From assembly GCA_964407535.1 (NCBI GenBank), contig CAYOWD010000003.1, positions 1-41,475 of the forward strand: DNA of 41,475 bases, read 5' to 3'. This document shows, in pieces, positions 17,847-26,952 of the stretch (position 1 is the first letter of the stretch; every line of letters begins with the position of its first letter). A program made the position numbers and the translations under genes. Source of the stretch: an uncultured Salinivenus sp. (GTDB lineage Bacteria > Bacteroidota > Rhodothermia > Rhodothermales > Salinibacteraceae). The notes under the pieces were generated by a model. That model had not been told where the DNA came from and made no database searches. It saw nothing but the letters and a program-made list of their open reading frames with translations.

Positions 17847-17883
17847 TAGAAAAGCCGCCCAGCGACGCGAATCGCTAGGCGGC
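17847..17883 (-). terminator. Intrinsic terminator of tRNA-Asp
   Basis: On the minus strand, hairpin GCCGCCTAGCGA-TTCGCG-TCGCTGGGCGGC followed by TTTTCT. Confidence 0.75.
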
Positions 17884-17889
17884 GAGAAG

Positions 17890-17963
17890 CGGGCCGGACG
17901 GGATTTGAACCCGCGACCTCTGCCGTGACAGGGCAGCATTCTGAACCGCTGAACTACCGGCCC
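17890..17963 (-). tRNA. tRNA-Asp (GTC), CCA not encoded
   Basis: GGGCCGG/CCGGCCC acceptor stem, anticodon arm CTGCC-CTGTCAC-GGCAG, T-loop GGTTCAAATCC and discriminator G. Confidence 0.97.
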
Positions 17964-18140
17964 GTCTTTTCCATTTTCGCATCCTGGTAAAAACGAGGAA
18001 CCGCTGCAAGTTCCCGGGTCAGCGAATGTTCACAGGTCTTCCAACCTCGCTTTTTGTTAGGCAGACATGATCGCCGGTATCGGGGTGGGAGGCGAAAGGG
18101 CACGGAGCGCTGTTTTTTTCATGAGGGCAATTTGTCTGGT

Positions 18141-18725
18141 ATGATCGGTCCCAATTCCGGCTCATTCTCGTCCCCGTTCGGTGCTTCCGGATCGTCGCAG
18201 GGGGGCGACCGCACACTCGTTGTAAGCGAGGCGCTTGCAGAGGGCGTTGCGAATCGCATTGTGCAACAGGTGGCGCTTCTGGACGAGCAGGGGGACGCCC
18301 CGATCAAAATCGTTGTGAGCAATGCCCCCGGTGGCGACGAACGTGCCGGGCTGTCCGTCTACGATGCCCTGCGGTCCACAACGGCGCCGGTGACGATCCT
18401 CGGAAGCGGGCGCATCGCCGGGGCCGGGGTGCTTGCGTTTGTCGGGGCGGAGGCGGAGCGGCGGATGGGGCTTCCGCACGTGCGGTTTCGGTTGACATCG
18501 CCGCGTGCGCCGTCACACGCAGGGGCCGCGGCGGATCTGGATGCCCAGGCGGAAGAAGCGGAGGCGCACCGGCAGCGGATCATTGAGGGCCTGACGGCGG
18601 CAACGGGACAGTCCGAGGAGCAGATCGCCTCCGACCTGTCGGCCCAGCGGGCGTTTGATGCGGAGGCGGCGGTCGAGTATGGGCTCATTGATCGTATTAT
18701 CGAAAGTCGCCGGGCATTTGGGTAG
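18141..18725 (+). CDS. ClpP-family protein lacking catalytic residues (ClpR-like pseudoprotease)
   Basis: ANRIVQQ, APGG..AGLSVYDAL, TGQSEEQI and AVEYGLID align with ClpP, but the triad positions read Gly, Thr and Gln. Confidence 0.88.
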   Translation: MIGPNSGSFSSPFGASGSSQGGDRTLVVSEALAEGVANRIVQQVALLDEQGDAPIKIVVSNAPGGDERAGLSVYDALRSTTAPVTILGSGRIAGAGVLAFVGAEAERRMGLPHVRFRLTSPRAPSHAGAAADLDAQAEEAEAHRQRIIEGLTAATGQSEEQIASDLSAQRAFDAEAAVEYGLIDRIIESRRAFG

Positions 18726-18851
18726 TCATTTGGCATTGGGTCATTTTGGCATTGGGTCATTTTGGCATTGGGTCATTTTGGCGTTGGGTCATTTTGGCGT
18801 TGGGTCATTTTGGCGTTGGGTCATTTCGGCATTGGGTCATTTCAGCATTGG
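18725..18851 (+). repeat. Tandem repeat, 8 copies of a 16-bp unit GTCATTTTGGCRTTGG
   Basis: Directly readable; the first unit is 15 bp. No spacers. Fills the gap between two convergent stop codons. Confidence 0.95.
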
Positions 18852-18861
18852 TGTATGTTGG

Positions 18862-21519
18862 TTAGGCAGAGGCGGGGAGGGAGGAGAGTCGGTTTTGTAA
18901 GAGGGCGAAGCCGGTTTGGAACGCGTCGTCGGCGAGCAGGCGGTCGAGGTCGCTCGGGGGATCGGGGGGGGAGAGGGCGGTGTAGCGGGCGTCGAGGAGG
19001 GTGTCTCGCGTTGCGGACCAGTCGATGGTAAACCGGAAGGTGCGGCGTCCGGGGCCCATGCCGTCGAATTGTCCGATCAGGACGGTCCACGGAAGGGAAA
19101 GAAGCGTGTCGGTGTCCAGGCGGCCGGCGTCGATCGGATTGAGGGTGCCGATGCGGTCGTCCTGCCAGTACACCGCCACGTTCGTCTCGTCCTCGGTCCA
19201 CTGGAAGGTGAAGCGAGCGTCGTCGGGGTAGTAGGTGTCGGAGGGAGCGTCATGCTCGGCCGTCAGCGGGGCGGTGCCGATCAAGGCGCGCAGTTCGTCG
19301 ATGCGCTCGTCCACCTCACTCTGAAGCGCGTCGGTGTTCTGCTCGTACTCGTCGTGGGCCGTCCGGTAGGCGGCGAGGCGGTCCCGGGCGTCGTGCACCG
19401 AGGCGGTGAGCGCGTCGAGCCGGTCCCGCAGCGCGGCGGTGTGATCGGGCGCGGGGGTCCATTGGGTGCGGAGGTAGTCGTCCAGGTCCAGTTCGTGGAG
19501 TCCATGACAGAGCCGAGCCGCGTCTCCGTCGGAGAGGACGGCCGGATCTTTGGTTAATCCCCGGCGGACCGCCCGGCAGAGGGGGAGTTGCGTGTCGAGC
19601 TCGGCCTCGTCGAGGAATCGCGAGCGGTCCGCGTCGTCGCGACGGGCCAGGTACAGTCGCTCCTGCGTACGGGTGAGGGCGACGTAGAAGAGGCGGCGCT
19701 CTTCCTCCAGTTCGGCTGCCGAGCACGCGTCGGGCGCGTGCGGTAGCGTTCCCTCCACGCAGCCCGGCACAATCACGACGGGCCACTCTGCGCCTTTGGC
19801 CCGGTGGATGGACCGCAGCTCCAGGGCGTCCTGATCGTCGGGACGGGCCCGGCGCGCGTCGGCCAGGGCTTTGACGCCGTGGAGCAGATTGCGGGGACGG
19901 TCGAACTGATCGGCGTACCGGTGGAGGGCCCGGACGGTGCGCACGCGGGCCTCGCCTCGCTCGGGACGCACACTGCGCTCGCGGAGGGCCTGTTCGTAGC
20001 CGATGGCGTCCGTCAGGTTGCGGAGCACCGTTCCGGCGTTTGCGTCGAGCTGGTCGAGCAGGGCACGGGCCGCGTCCAGAAACGACGCGGCGTTCGACCG
20101 TGCGTCGGCGGGCAGGTCGGACAGCCGGTCCGCGGCGCGATCGAGAACCGAGTCCCCCCGGTCGACGGCCTCTCGGGTGACCGCATCGATCCATTCGCGC
20201 TGGATGTACCGGTTGGGGTGATTGAGGATGTGGGCGAAGCGGTCGGTGTACTGCCGGGTCGTGGCGTCGTCGAGCCCATTATGGCGGTGGCGGCGTTCCA
20301 GCACGGCCCAGTAGAGGTAGCGGAGGAGCGTTTGGACCGGGGAGCGGCGGTAAAAGGGCGGGCGGCCCCGAATTCGGTAGGGCAGGTCCCGATCAATCAG
20401 CGCCCGTTCGAGCGGCGGGGTCTGCCCGTAGGTGCGCACCAGCACCACCATGTCGGACAGGTCGTAGTCGGCCTCTTCGCGGAGGGAGGTTACCGTGTTG
20501 GCAACCCGGTCGGCGGTGCCGGCGGCGTCCCGCCCGACCAGACACTCGGCGGGGCCCTCGACGCCGCGGGTGAGCTGAATCTGCTTCGGGTGGCGGTCGT
20601 CGTTGTGTTGAATCGTGGCGTTTGCCAGCGTGAGCGGGGCGAGTGGGAGCCGGAACGAGGCCGTCATCGAGTACGTCGCGGCGTCGTAGCGGTCGGCAAA
20701 GTTTAGCAGAAAGCCGGGCTGAGCACCGCGCCACCGATAGATGCATTGATCGTCGTCGCCCACGGCCATGTAGTTCCGGTGGTTGGCCGTGAGGCAGTCG
20801 AGAATCTCGAACTGGGCGCGACTCACGTCCTGGAATTCATCGACGAGAACGTGCTGATAGGTGTTCTGGGCGCGGGTGCGGAGCGCATCGTCCTGCATGA
20901 GGCGTTCCCAGCCGTCGCGCAGCATATCCGGATAGGTGCGGAGGTCGGTGCGCCGTCGGTGGGCCTCGAAGCGCTCGTAGAGCCGGAGCACGTCTTCGTT
21001 CTCGTGCTCGGCCTGCCGGGCCGTGTCGCGGACGGCGGGCGGAAGGGCGGCGGCGTCGAGGTCGGCGTAGGCGAGCTGTTGCTTCCAGGCGGCGATCTGA
21101 TCGACGAGGTCCGGGGCGCTGATGTCGAGATCGTCGGGGGCCACGCCCTGTTCGTCGGCGAGGTCCTGCCGGGCGCGGCGGGCGAGTTGGTGGGCCGCGG
21201 CGGAGGGCGAGGACGGGGCCGGCGGATCGGCGTTGGTGTCCGGGAGGAACCGGTGGCCGAGGCTGTGGAGCGTGCGCACGTCGACTCCCCGAACGTCGAG
21301 GGCATCGAGGGCCGCCGCGAGGTCGTCGACGGTATCGCGGCTGAACGAGCAGGCGAGGATTCGGTCGGGGGCGACGTTGTGTGCCTCGATCAGAACCCGA
21401 ACGCGGTGGACCAGCGCCGTGGTTTTGCCGGCGCCGGGGACGGCAAGGACGAGGGCGGGTCCCTCTCCGTGATGGACTACGGCCTGTTGCTGGGGCGTCA
21501 GGGCATCGGCAGAGCGCAT
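18862..21519 (-). CDS. UvrD/Rep/PcrA (SF1A) ATP-dependent helicase with a C-terminal extension
   Basis: Motifs AVPGAGKT, LVDEFQD, VGDDDQCIYRWRG, SIHRAKGAEW and EEERRLFYVALTR. Confidence 0.93.
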   Translation of the reverse strand: MRSADALTPQQQAVVHHGEGPALVLAVPGAGKTTALVHRVRVLIEAHNVAPDRILACSFSRDTVDDLAAALDALDVRGVDVRTLHSLGHRFLPDTNADPPAPSSPSAAAHQLARRARQDLADEQGVAPDDLDISAPDLVDQIAAWKQQLAYADLDAAALPPAVRDTARQAEHENEDVLRLYERFEAHRRRTDLRTYPDMLRDGWERLMQDDALRTRAQNTYQHVLVDEFQDVSRAQFEILDCLTANHRNYMAVGDDDQCIYRWRGAQPGFLLNFADRYDAATYSMTASFRLPLAPLTLANATIQHNDDRHPKQIQLTRGVEGPAECLVGRDAAGTADRVANTVTSLREEADYDLSDMVVLVRTYGQTPPLERALIDRDLPYRIRGRPPFYRRSPVQTLLRYLYWAVLERRHRHNGLDDATTRQYTDRFAHILNHPNRYIQREWIDAVTREAVDRGDSVLDRAADRLSDLPADARSNAASFLDAARALLDQLDANAGTVLRNLTDAIGYEQALRERSVRPERGEARVRTVRALHRYADQFDRPRNLLHGVKALADARRARPDDQDALELRSIHRAKGAEWPVVIVPGCVEGTLPHAPDACSAAELEEERRLFYVALTRTQERLYLARRDDADRSRFLDEAELDTQLPLCRAVRRGLTKDPAVLSDGDAARLCHGLHELDLDDYLRTQWTPAPDHTAALRDRLDALTASVHDARDRLAAYRTAHDEYEQNTDALQSEVDERIDELRALIGTAPLTAEHDAPSDTYYPDDARFTFQWTEDETNVAVYWQDDRIGTLNPIDAGRLDTDTLLSLPWTVLIGQFDGMGPGRRTFRFTIDWSATRDTLLDARYTALSPPDPPSDLDRLLADDAFQTGFALLQNRLSSLPASA

Positions 21520-21712
21520 TCGGGCGGACGGATTCTACAGATTTCAATTGGAAATGTCGGGATTCCGCAGAAGCCAATTTCTGTCAATCCAGACCGTCGG
21601 CTCCCTGAACGGGTAGGCGTTAAAAATTTGGAAATGAAAAGGTTATGGGAAGTATGATTTGGAGAAGACCTCCCGGTCGCGGTTGTCGATAACTAATGAT
21701 TTGGAAATGGTA

Positions 21713-22576
21713 TTATGCGTCAATAGCAGGCGTCGGTGTTGAACGCAGGGCCGACGCCAGCTGCGGCAACGCCGCGCCCGTTTGGGCGTCGACGTGGACG
21801 GCGGCGAGGGGGGTGCCGCGGGTTTCCCCGAGGTTGACGATGCCCACCGGCTGGTCGGCCTCGACGGCCCCGCGTACGAATCGAAAGCCCGAGTAGACGG
21901 TGAGCGACGAGCCGGTGACCAGCAGGGCATCGGCGTCGTCGAGGAGGGCCCAGGCGGCCGTGACGCGGTCGGCGTCCGTATTTTCGCCGAAAAAGACGAC
22001 GTTGGGCTTCAGCGGGCCGCCGCAGGTGCGGCAGGCAGGCACGCGAAAGTTGCGCGTAGCGGAGCGGGGAAGGTCGGCGTCGCCGTCCGGCGTGTGCTCG
22101 GCACTGCGCTCGGTCCAGCCCGGGTTCATCGCCGTAATGCGGGACTGCAGGGTGCGTCGGCAGGTCAGGGCGCCGCAATCCAGACACACCACCTCCGCAA
22201 GGGCTCCGTGCAGTTCCACGACGCGCTCACTGCCGGCGGCTTGATGCAGACGATCCACGTTTTGCGTAATGATGCCGGTCACAACGCCGGCCTTTTCCAG
22301 ACGGGCCAGGGCCCGATGCCCGTCGTTGGGCGTGGCGGCGTCGAAGGAGGGCCACCCGATGGCACTGCGAGCCCAGTAGTGCCGGCGCGTGCGCGCCGCG
22401 TCGATAAAATCGTCATACTGGATGGGCGAATGGTCTTTTTTGCGGGTGTCTGGGCCGCGGTAGTCGGGAATGCCCGACTCGGTGCTGATGCCGGCGCCGC
22501 TGAGTACCGCCACGGTGCGGTCCCGAAGGAGGTCGACGAGCGCCTCGAAACCGATCCAGGGGGCAGGGTGAGGCAC
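21713..22576 (-). CDS. NAD-dependent protein deacylase (sirtuin, class II / SIRT4-like)
   Basis: Motifs GAGISTESGIPDYRG, YWARS..GW, ITQNVDRLH, ELHG, two CxxC pairs, LKPNVVFFGE and GSSLTVYSG. Confidence 0.93.
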   Translation of the reverse strand: MPHPAPWIGFEALVDLLRDRTVAVLSGAGISTESGIPDYRGPDTRKKDHSPIQYDDFIDAARTRRHYWARSAIGWPSFDAATPNDGHRALARLEKAGVVTGIITQNVDRLHQAAGSERVVELHGALAEVVCLDCGALTCRRTLQSRITAMNPGWTERSAEHTPDGDADLPRSATRNFRVPACRTCGGPLKPNVVFFGENTDADRVTAAWALLDDADALLVTGSSLTVYSGFRFVRGAVEADQPVGIVNLGETRGTPLAAVHVDAQTGAALPQLASALRSTPTPAIDA

Positions 22577-22831
22577 GGGGATGAGGAACGAGCGTGTTGG
22601 AAATCGAGCGTACGGGCGGACCGAGCCGCCGGACTGTGCTGACTATACGAGAGGGAGGAAACGCAGATTCGCGGCGGAGGATGAATCCGGGATCGGATGA
22701 TGCAGGGAGACGATGCCGGGAGCTCCTCGGACAGCTTCATTGTCTGCCCGCAACAATCGAATTCCCCCTGCATGGAATAGGGGCTTCGTTGCGCTTCTCG
22801 TTCCCACCTACCTCTGGTCGAGGGTTTGTCC

Positions 22832-24088
22832 ATGGCCTCCAGCGAATCCTCTCCGCTCTGGTTCGGAACTGACCGACGAGTGCTCGCGCTGGCGCTGGCC
22901 CGCATGGCGGACGCGATGGGCAACTCGTTTTTGATCATCGTGCTCCCGCTCTACGTGGCCGGGGACGACGTCACGGGCGCCCTGTTCGGCGTGCCGGCCT
23001 CGCTCGTGGCCGGGGTGGTGCTCGCACTATTCGGGATTGCGAGCAGCCTCACCCAGCCGCTGGCCGGGCACCTGTCCGACCGGATGGGGGCCCGGAAGCC
23101 GTTTGTGCTGGGGGGATTGGCCGTCTTTGCCGTCGTCAATTTCTCGTTCGGCCTCGTGACGCAGTACTGGCAGCTCTTTGCCCTGCGCATCGTGCAGGGC
23201 ATGGCGGCGGCGTTTACGATTACGGCCAGTCTTGCGCTCGTCAATGAAGGGAGCGGTACGGGGCGGCGGGGCGGCAACATGGGCGTGTACAATGCCTTTC
23301 GGCTCGTCGGCTTCGGGGCCGGGCCGCTCCTCGCGAGCGTCATCATCGAGGTGGGGCCGTTTCGGCTCCCCGGGGGCATTGCGCTGAGCGGCTTCGACGC
23401 GACGTTTCTGGTGGCGGGCGGCACGGCCCTCCTGAGCACGGGACTGGTGGCACTGATGGTGACGGACACGGCGGAGCAGGGGCCGGTGCCGCGGCGGTTG
23501 GCGATCACGATCTGGGACCGGTCGCGTCGGCGGCTCGATCCCATCTTTGCGCTCGGCCTCGCCACCCTTATCATGGCGGCCTGCATGGCGCTGCTCTCCG
23601 CCATCGAGCCGGAGGTGAACGAGCGACTCGGACAGGGGCCGATCTGGTTTGCCGTGGAGTTTGTGGCGCTGATTGCGGCGCTTGCCGTCCTGCAGCCCTT
23701 CGTGGGACGGGCCAGCGACCGCTTCGCCCGCCGACCGTTTATCGTGGCGGGACTGATCGCGCTCATCCCGACGACGGCCCTGCAGGGATTCGTCGAGACC
23801 CCGTGGGAGCTGATCGGGCTCCGCGTCCTACAAGGGGGCGCCGGCGCGCTCATCTTTGCGCCCGCTCTGGCGCTGGCGGGCGACTACACGTCGAAGGGCC
23901 GGTCCGGCGCCCAGCTGTCGGTGCTCACCGTGGCGTTCGGGCTTGGCATCGCGGCGGGCCAGCTCATTGCCGGCGCTTTTGTGCCGTACGGATTCGCCGT
24001 GCCCTTTCTCATCGGCGGGGTGGGGGCGGCGAGCGGGGTTGGACTTGTACTTACGCAGGTGCCGGCGGCGTCGGAAGCACCGGCGTAG
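22832..24088 (+). CDS. MFS transporter
   Basis: About 12 TM helices, with motif A in both halves (GHLSDRMGARK and GRASDRFARR). Confidence 0.92.
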   Translation: MASSESSPLWFGTDRRVLALALARMADAMGNSFLIIVLPLYVAGDDVTGALFGVPASLVAGVVLALFGIASSLTQPLAGHLSDRMGARKPFVLGGLAVFAVVNFSFGLVTQYWQLFALRIVQGMAAAFTITASLALVNEGSGTGRRGGNMGVYNAFRLVGFGAGPLLASVIIEVGPFRLPGGIALSGFDATFLVAGGTALLSTGLVALMVTDTAEQGPVPRRLAITIWDRSRRRLDPIFALGLATLIMAACMALLSAIEPEVNERLGQGPIWFAVEFVALIAALAVLQPFVGRASDRFARRPFIVAGLIALIPTTALQGFVETPWELIGLRVLQGGAGALIFAPALALAGDYTSKGRSGAQLSVLTVAFGLGIAAGQLIAGAFVPYGFAVPFLIGGVGAASGVGLVLTQVPAASEAPA

Positions 24089-24208
24089 CGGGCGGAGATG
24101 CTCCTGGAGATGGAGACGACCCGCAGTGAACGGGGGGGGGCGTGCGGACGAGGCCTGTACCCAAAAAGGAACAGCCCGTGCCGGGACGGCCGACACGGGC
24201 TGGAGATA

Positions 24209-24308
24209 CCAATCCGTGAATACGTTTCCAAAGGTCGGTTCCGTTCATAACTGAGCACGGTCTTCACCAGACGGAAGAAACCCGTGTACGTACTTTCTCA
24301 CGGATCGG
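24209..24308 (+). mobile_element. Repeat family A, full-length 100-bp copy
   Basis: TA-ccaatccgtga...tcacggatcgg-TA, with TIRs and TA on both sides. Confidence 0.8.
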
Positions 24309-24334
24309 TAAAGATACGGGCCTCGACCGAGGTC

Positions 24335-24610
24335 CTAAGAGTCTTCCTTTTCCTCAAGCAGGAGCTCCTTCAGTTTTTCGAATTCCTCCCGTTCGAACGA
24401 GAGACTGTACTTGCCCGGCTCGTCGTCGTCCCCGACCTCCGTGAGCGGTTCGACGTCCGAGGACTGAACGATGTCGATGAAGGTGTCCGACTCCATTTCG
24501 AAGGCACCGGCAAAGTCTTCGGCCGTTGCGGCGTAGATGCCGCCGTACGATTTGATCTCGCCCGTCGAAAAATCTTCAGCGTCCTGCGGCTTAAAGCTGA
24601 CTCCTCGCAT
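24335..24610 (-). CDS. Hypothetical very acidic protein (91 aa)
   Basis: D/E-rich composition like the other proteins in the window. ATG start. No family recognised. Confidence 0.72.
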   Translation of the reverse strand: MRGVSFKPQDAEDFSTGEIKSYGGIYAATAEDFAGAFEMESDTFIDIVQSSDVEPLTEVGDDDEPGKYSLSFEREEFEKLKELLLEEKEDS

Positions 24611-25446
24611 ATTGGATCCGTTGGTTGATTGCTGCGCTTGAGAACTTTGGGGCCTCCACGTTCACGTTGCAGTCGTTGGGTATCGGCAACGCTCCGCAAA
24701 GTTCCCTCTGTACGGATGTCCCAACATTTCGTTCACAGCAAGCGGACGGGGGATCGGGGCAACGAGACGCGCTGGGGGGATCCGGTACGGCGGAGCGAAA
24801 TTGCAAGGGGATGTATATTGCGACGACCTTCCATTCTGGGAGGATCAGTGTCCAGTCTGCTCACAAAACATATAATGTGATGAACGAGGAACAACACAAA
24901 CGGACATCGGCGCTGTCAAGCGGTGAGACAGATCTGAGGCCGTCGAACTGGACCGGCGGTCCGACCGATTCAAAGGAGACGAGGAACTGAGAACGAGCAC
25001 ACGGTTTGCTCCACGTGGTGGTCTGGGGGAAGGGCAGGACGATCGCATGTTGAAACCTCGGTCCAAGCCACGGGAGGGCTGCCGTGGTTCATGTGGGGGA
25101 GCACTCCCGCGATGCAATTGCTGGGGGAGGTGGTGTTGATTGGGACCCCCGTCCCCGGCACAAATCCGCACGTCGCATGTTCACGAGGCTGTGTGTATTT
25201 CTGATTCCGAGCGGTTCAAGGCCTCATTCTTCCGGATCGTCCATGCGGAATCCAGTAGGTTGCTATTTGGGGACTCCAGCGGACATTTGGGATTTCGGGA
25301 CATGTGTCGATACGAACGCGCTCCGCAGATAATCTCACCATGTACGGCGCAATGTTGGGAGCGCGAAATGATCACGGAGAACTATGTCGACGGAAACGGC
25401 GAGCCGGGGGCAGGCTGATCAGGCATCATGATTGGGATGTGGTATA

Positions 25447-26553
25447 ATGACGAACTCCAACGCTCCGCAGTCTACTTTCGATTCCGATACTGAGTCGAAG
25501 GAAGACGTTGCATCCGCGTCCAGGACGCAACGGCGGGGATTTCTGTATGCGCTCCGCGTCTGGGGGCGATTTCTGCGGATGCGGCTTCGGTGGTGGATAA
25601 CGGGGCACGTCATCGCTAGCATCGTCGTTGCAGTGGTGTTCTTAGGGTCCCTTTGGGTGATTGCCCGAGAGGTGCGAGGGTACGAGTACGCGAAAGTGGC
25701 GTCGTATCTGGAGGTCCTGCCCACGAGCCACGTGTTGCTGGCGATTGGGCTCACGTTGTTGACCTTCGTCGTTCTGACCGGGTATGACATGCTTGCGCTT
25801 CGATACGTCGATGTCGACCTGGCGTCTCGACGGGTCATGTTTTCTGCGTTTATCGGCTACGCGGTGAGCCAGGCCATCGGGAATCCCATTCTCACCGGGG
25901 GGTCGGTTCGGTACCGGCTCTATTCGGTCTGGGGGATTTCACCGGCAAAAGTGGCCAAGAGCATTCTCTTTGCCGGCGTATCGTTCTGGTTGGGATTTTT
26001 TACGCTCGGGGGACTGGTGCTCCTGGTAGAGCCGCCGTCCCTGGCCGCGGTCCTCGATCTTCCCATTCGGTCGGCCGGACTGGGACTGTTGATCCTTCTG
26101 CCGGTGGGGGCGTATGCCGGCTTCACGTGGTACCGGACGACCCCGGTCGAGGTGCGGGGATGGACCCTGAACACGCCGCCGAACTGGATGCTTCCGGTGC
26201 AGATTGCCCTGGCGGCCGCCGATCTTGGACTCGCGTCGTCCGTGTTGTACGTGTTGCTGCCCTCCGATGTGAGCGTATCGCTCCCGTTTCTGCTGGTGTC
26301 GTATCTCATTGCCCTGCTGGCAGGCTTGTTGAGTCACGTCCCGGGGGGGCTGGGGGTCTTTGAGAGCATTCTGCTTCTCATTTTGACGCCGGAGGTGCCG
26401 GCCCCGGCTCTGCTGAGCGGCCTCCTGGCCTATCGAGGAATTTTTCATCTCCTCCCGCTCGTTTTGGCCGCGGCGGCGTTTGGGGCCTACGAGTTACGAC
26501 GCGCAATGCGAGAGTGGTCGCAGTGGGGCTTTGGGCCGTACACGGACAATTGA
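25447..26553 (+). CDS. Lysylphosphatidylglycerol synthase TM / flippase-domain protein (stand-alone N-terminal MprF-like domain)
   Basis: Motifs LTGYDMLALRY, GGSVRYRLYS, SHVPGGLGVFE and LLAYRGIFHLLP. No cytosolic synthase domain follows. Start uncertain. Confidence 0.85.
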   Translation: MTNSNAPQSTFDSDTESKEDVASASRTQRRGFLYALRVWGRFLRMRLRWWITGHVIASIVVAVVFLGSLWVIAREVRGYEYAKVASYLEVLPTSHVLLAIGLTLLTFVVLTGYDMLALRYVDVDLASRRVMFSAFIGYAVSQAIGNPILTGGSVRYRLYSVWGISPAKVAKSILFAGVSFWLGFFTLGGLVLLVEPPSLAAVLDLPIRSAGLGLLILLPVGAYAGFTWYRTTPVEVRGWTLNTPPNWMLPVQIALAAADLGLASSVLYVLLPSDVSVSLPFLLVSYLIALLAGLLSHVPGGLGVFESILLLILTPEVPAPALLSGLLAYRGIFHLLPLVLAAAAFGAYELRRAMREWSQWGFGPYTDN

Positions 26554-26712
26554 GCAAAGAGAAACGTTGGGACACTCCTGCGTTCGGAATGGGCAAGCGG
26601 CTCATCTGCCGGTGTGCGGTCCAACTGGGCCGGCGTGTGCGGGGGGGGCGTCCGGCGGGAGACAAAGAGGGCCTCGGTAGCATGGTTCCAGGCCGTTGGA
26701 CTTCAAGCATAT

Positions 26713-26763
26713 CCCCGACAGGGGAAATCCTGGATTGCTAGCAATCCGAGATTTCCATCGGGG
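26713..26763. repeat. Imperfect 51-bp palindrome with a perfect 16-bp core GGATTGCTAGCAATCC
   Basis: Arms ccccga/tcgggg and ggaaatc/gatttcc; core at 26732-26747. Confidence 0.7.
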
Positions 26764-26952
26764 CGTTGCGTACATTCCGACAGTGGTTGAGAACATTGTC
26801 CCCACACTGACAACCCCAACAGAGCTGTGGGGCTGAGCTCCACTTCGGAGTTGGTATAATCCGCATGGCGAATCGGGAGACCGGGGTTCACATTCTGTGA
26901 GGTCTCTCTTATTCTAGTCGGCACACGCTCTTGGCCTCAGCGACGTGGAGTT

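Noticed and set aside
17890-17963. tRNA-anchored genomic island or prophage
   Set aside because: No integrase, no duplicate of the tRNA 3' end found, and the flanking genes look like core genes.
18725-18851. CRISPR array
   Set aside because: The 16-bp units are contiguous with no unique spacers, and there are no cas genes in the window.
21541-21712. Degenerate CRISPR (TTGGAAATG spaced 80 and 73 bp apart)
   Set aside because: Only about 9 nt are shared, far shorter than a CRISPR repeat.
21713-22576. Anti-phage SIR2 NADase
   Set aside because: The motifs and Zn-finger match class II protein deacylases rather than SIR2_2-type effectors.
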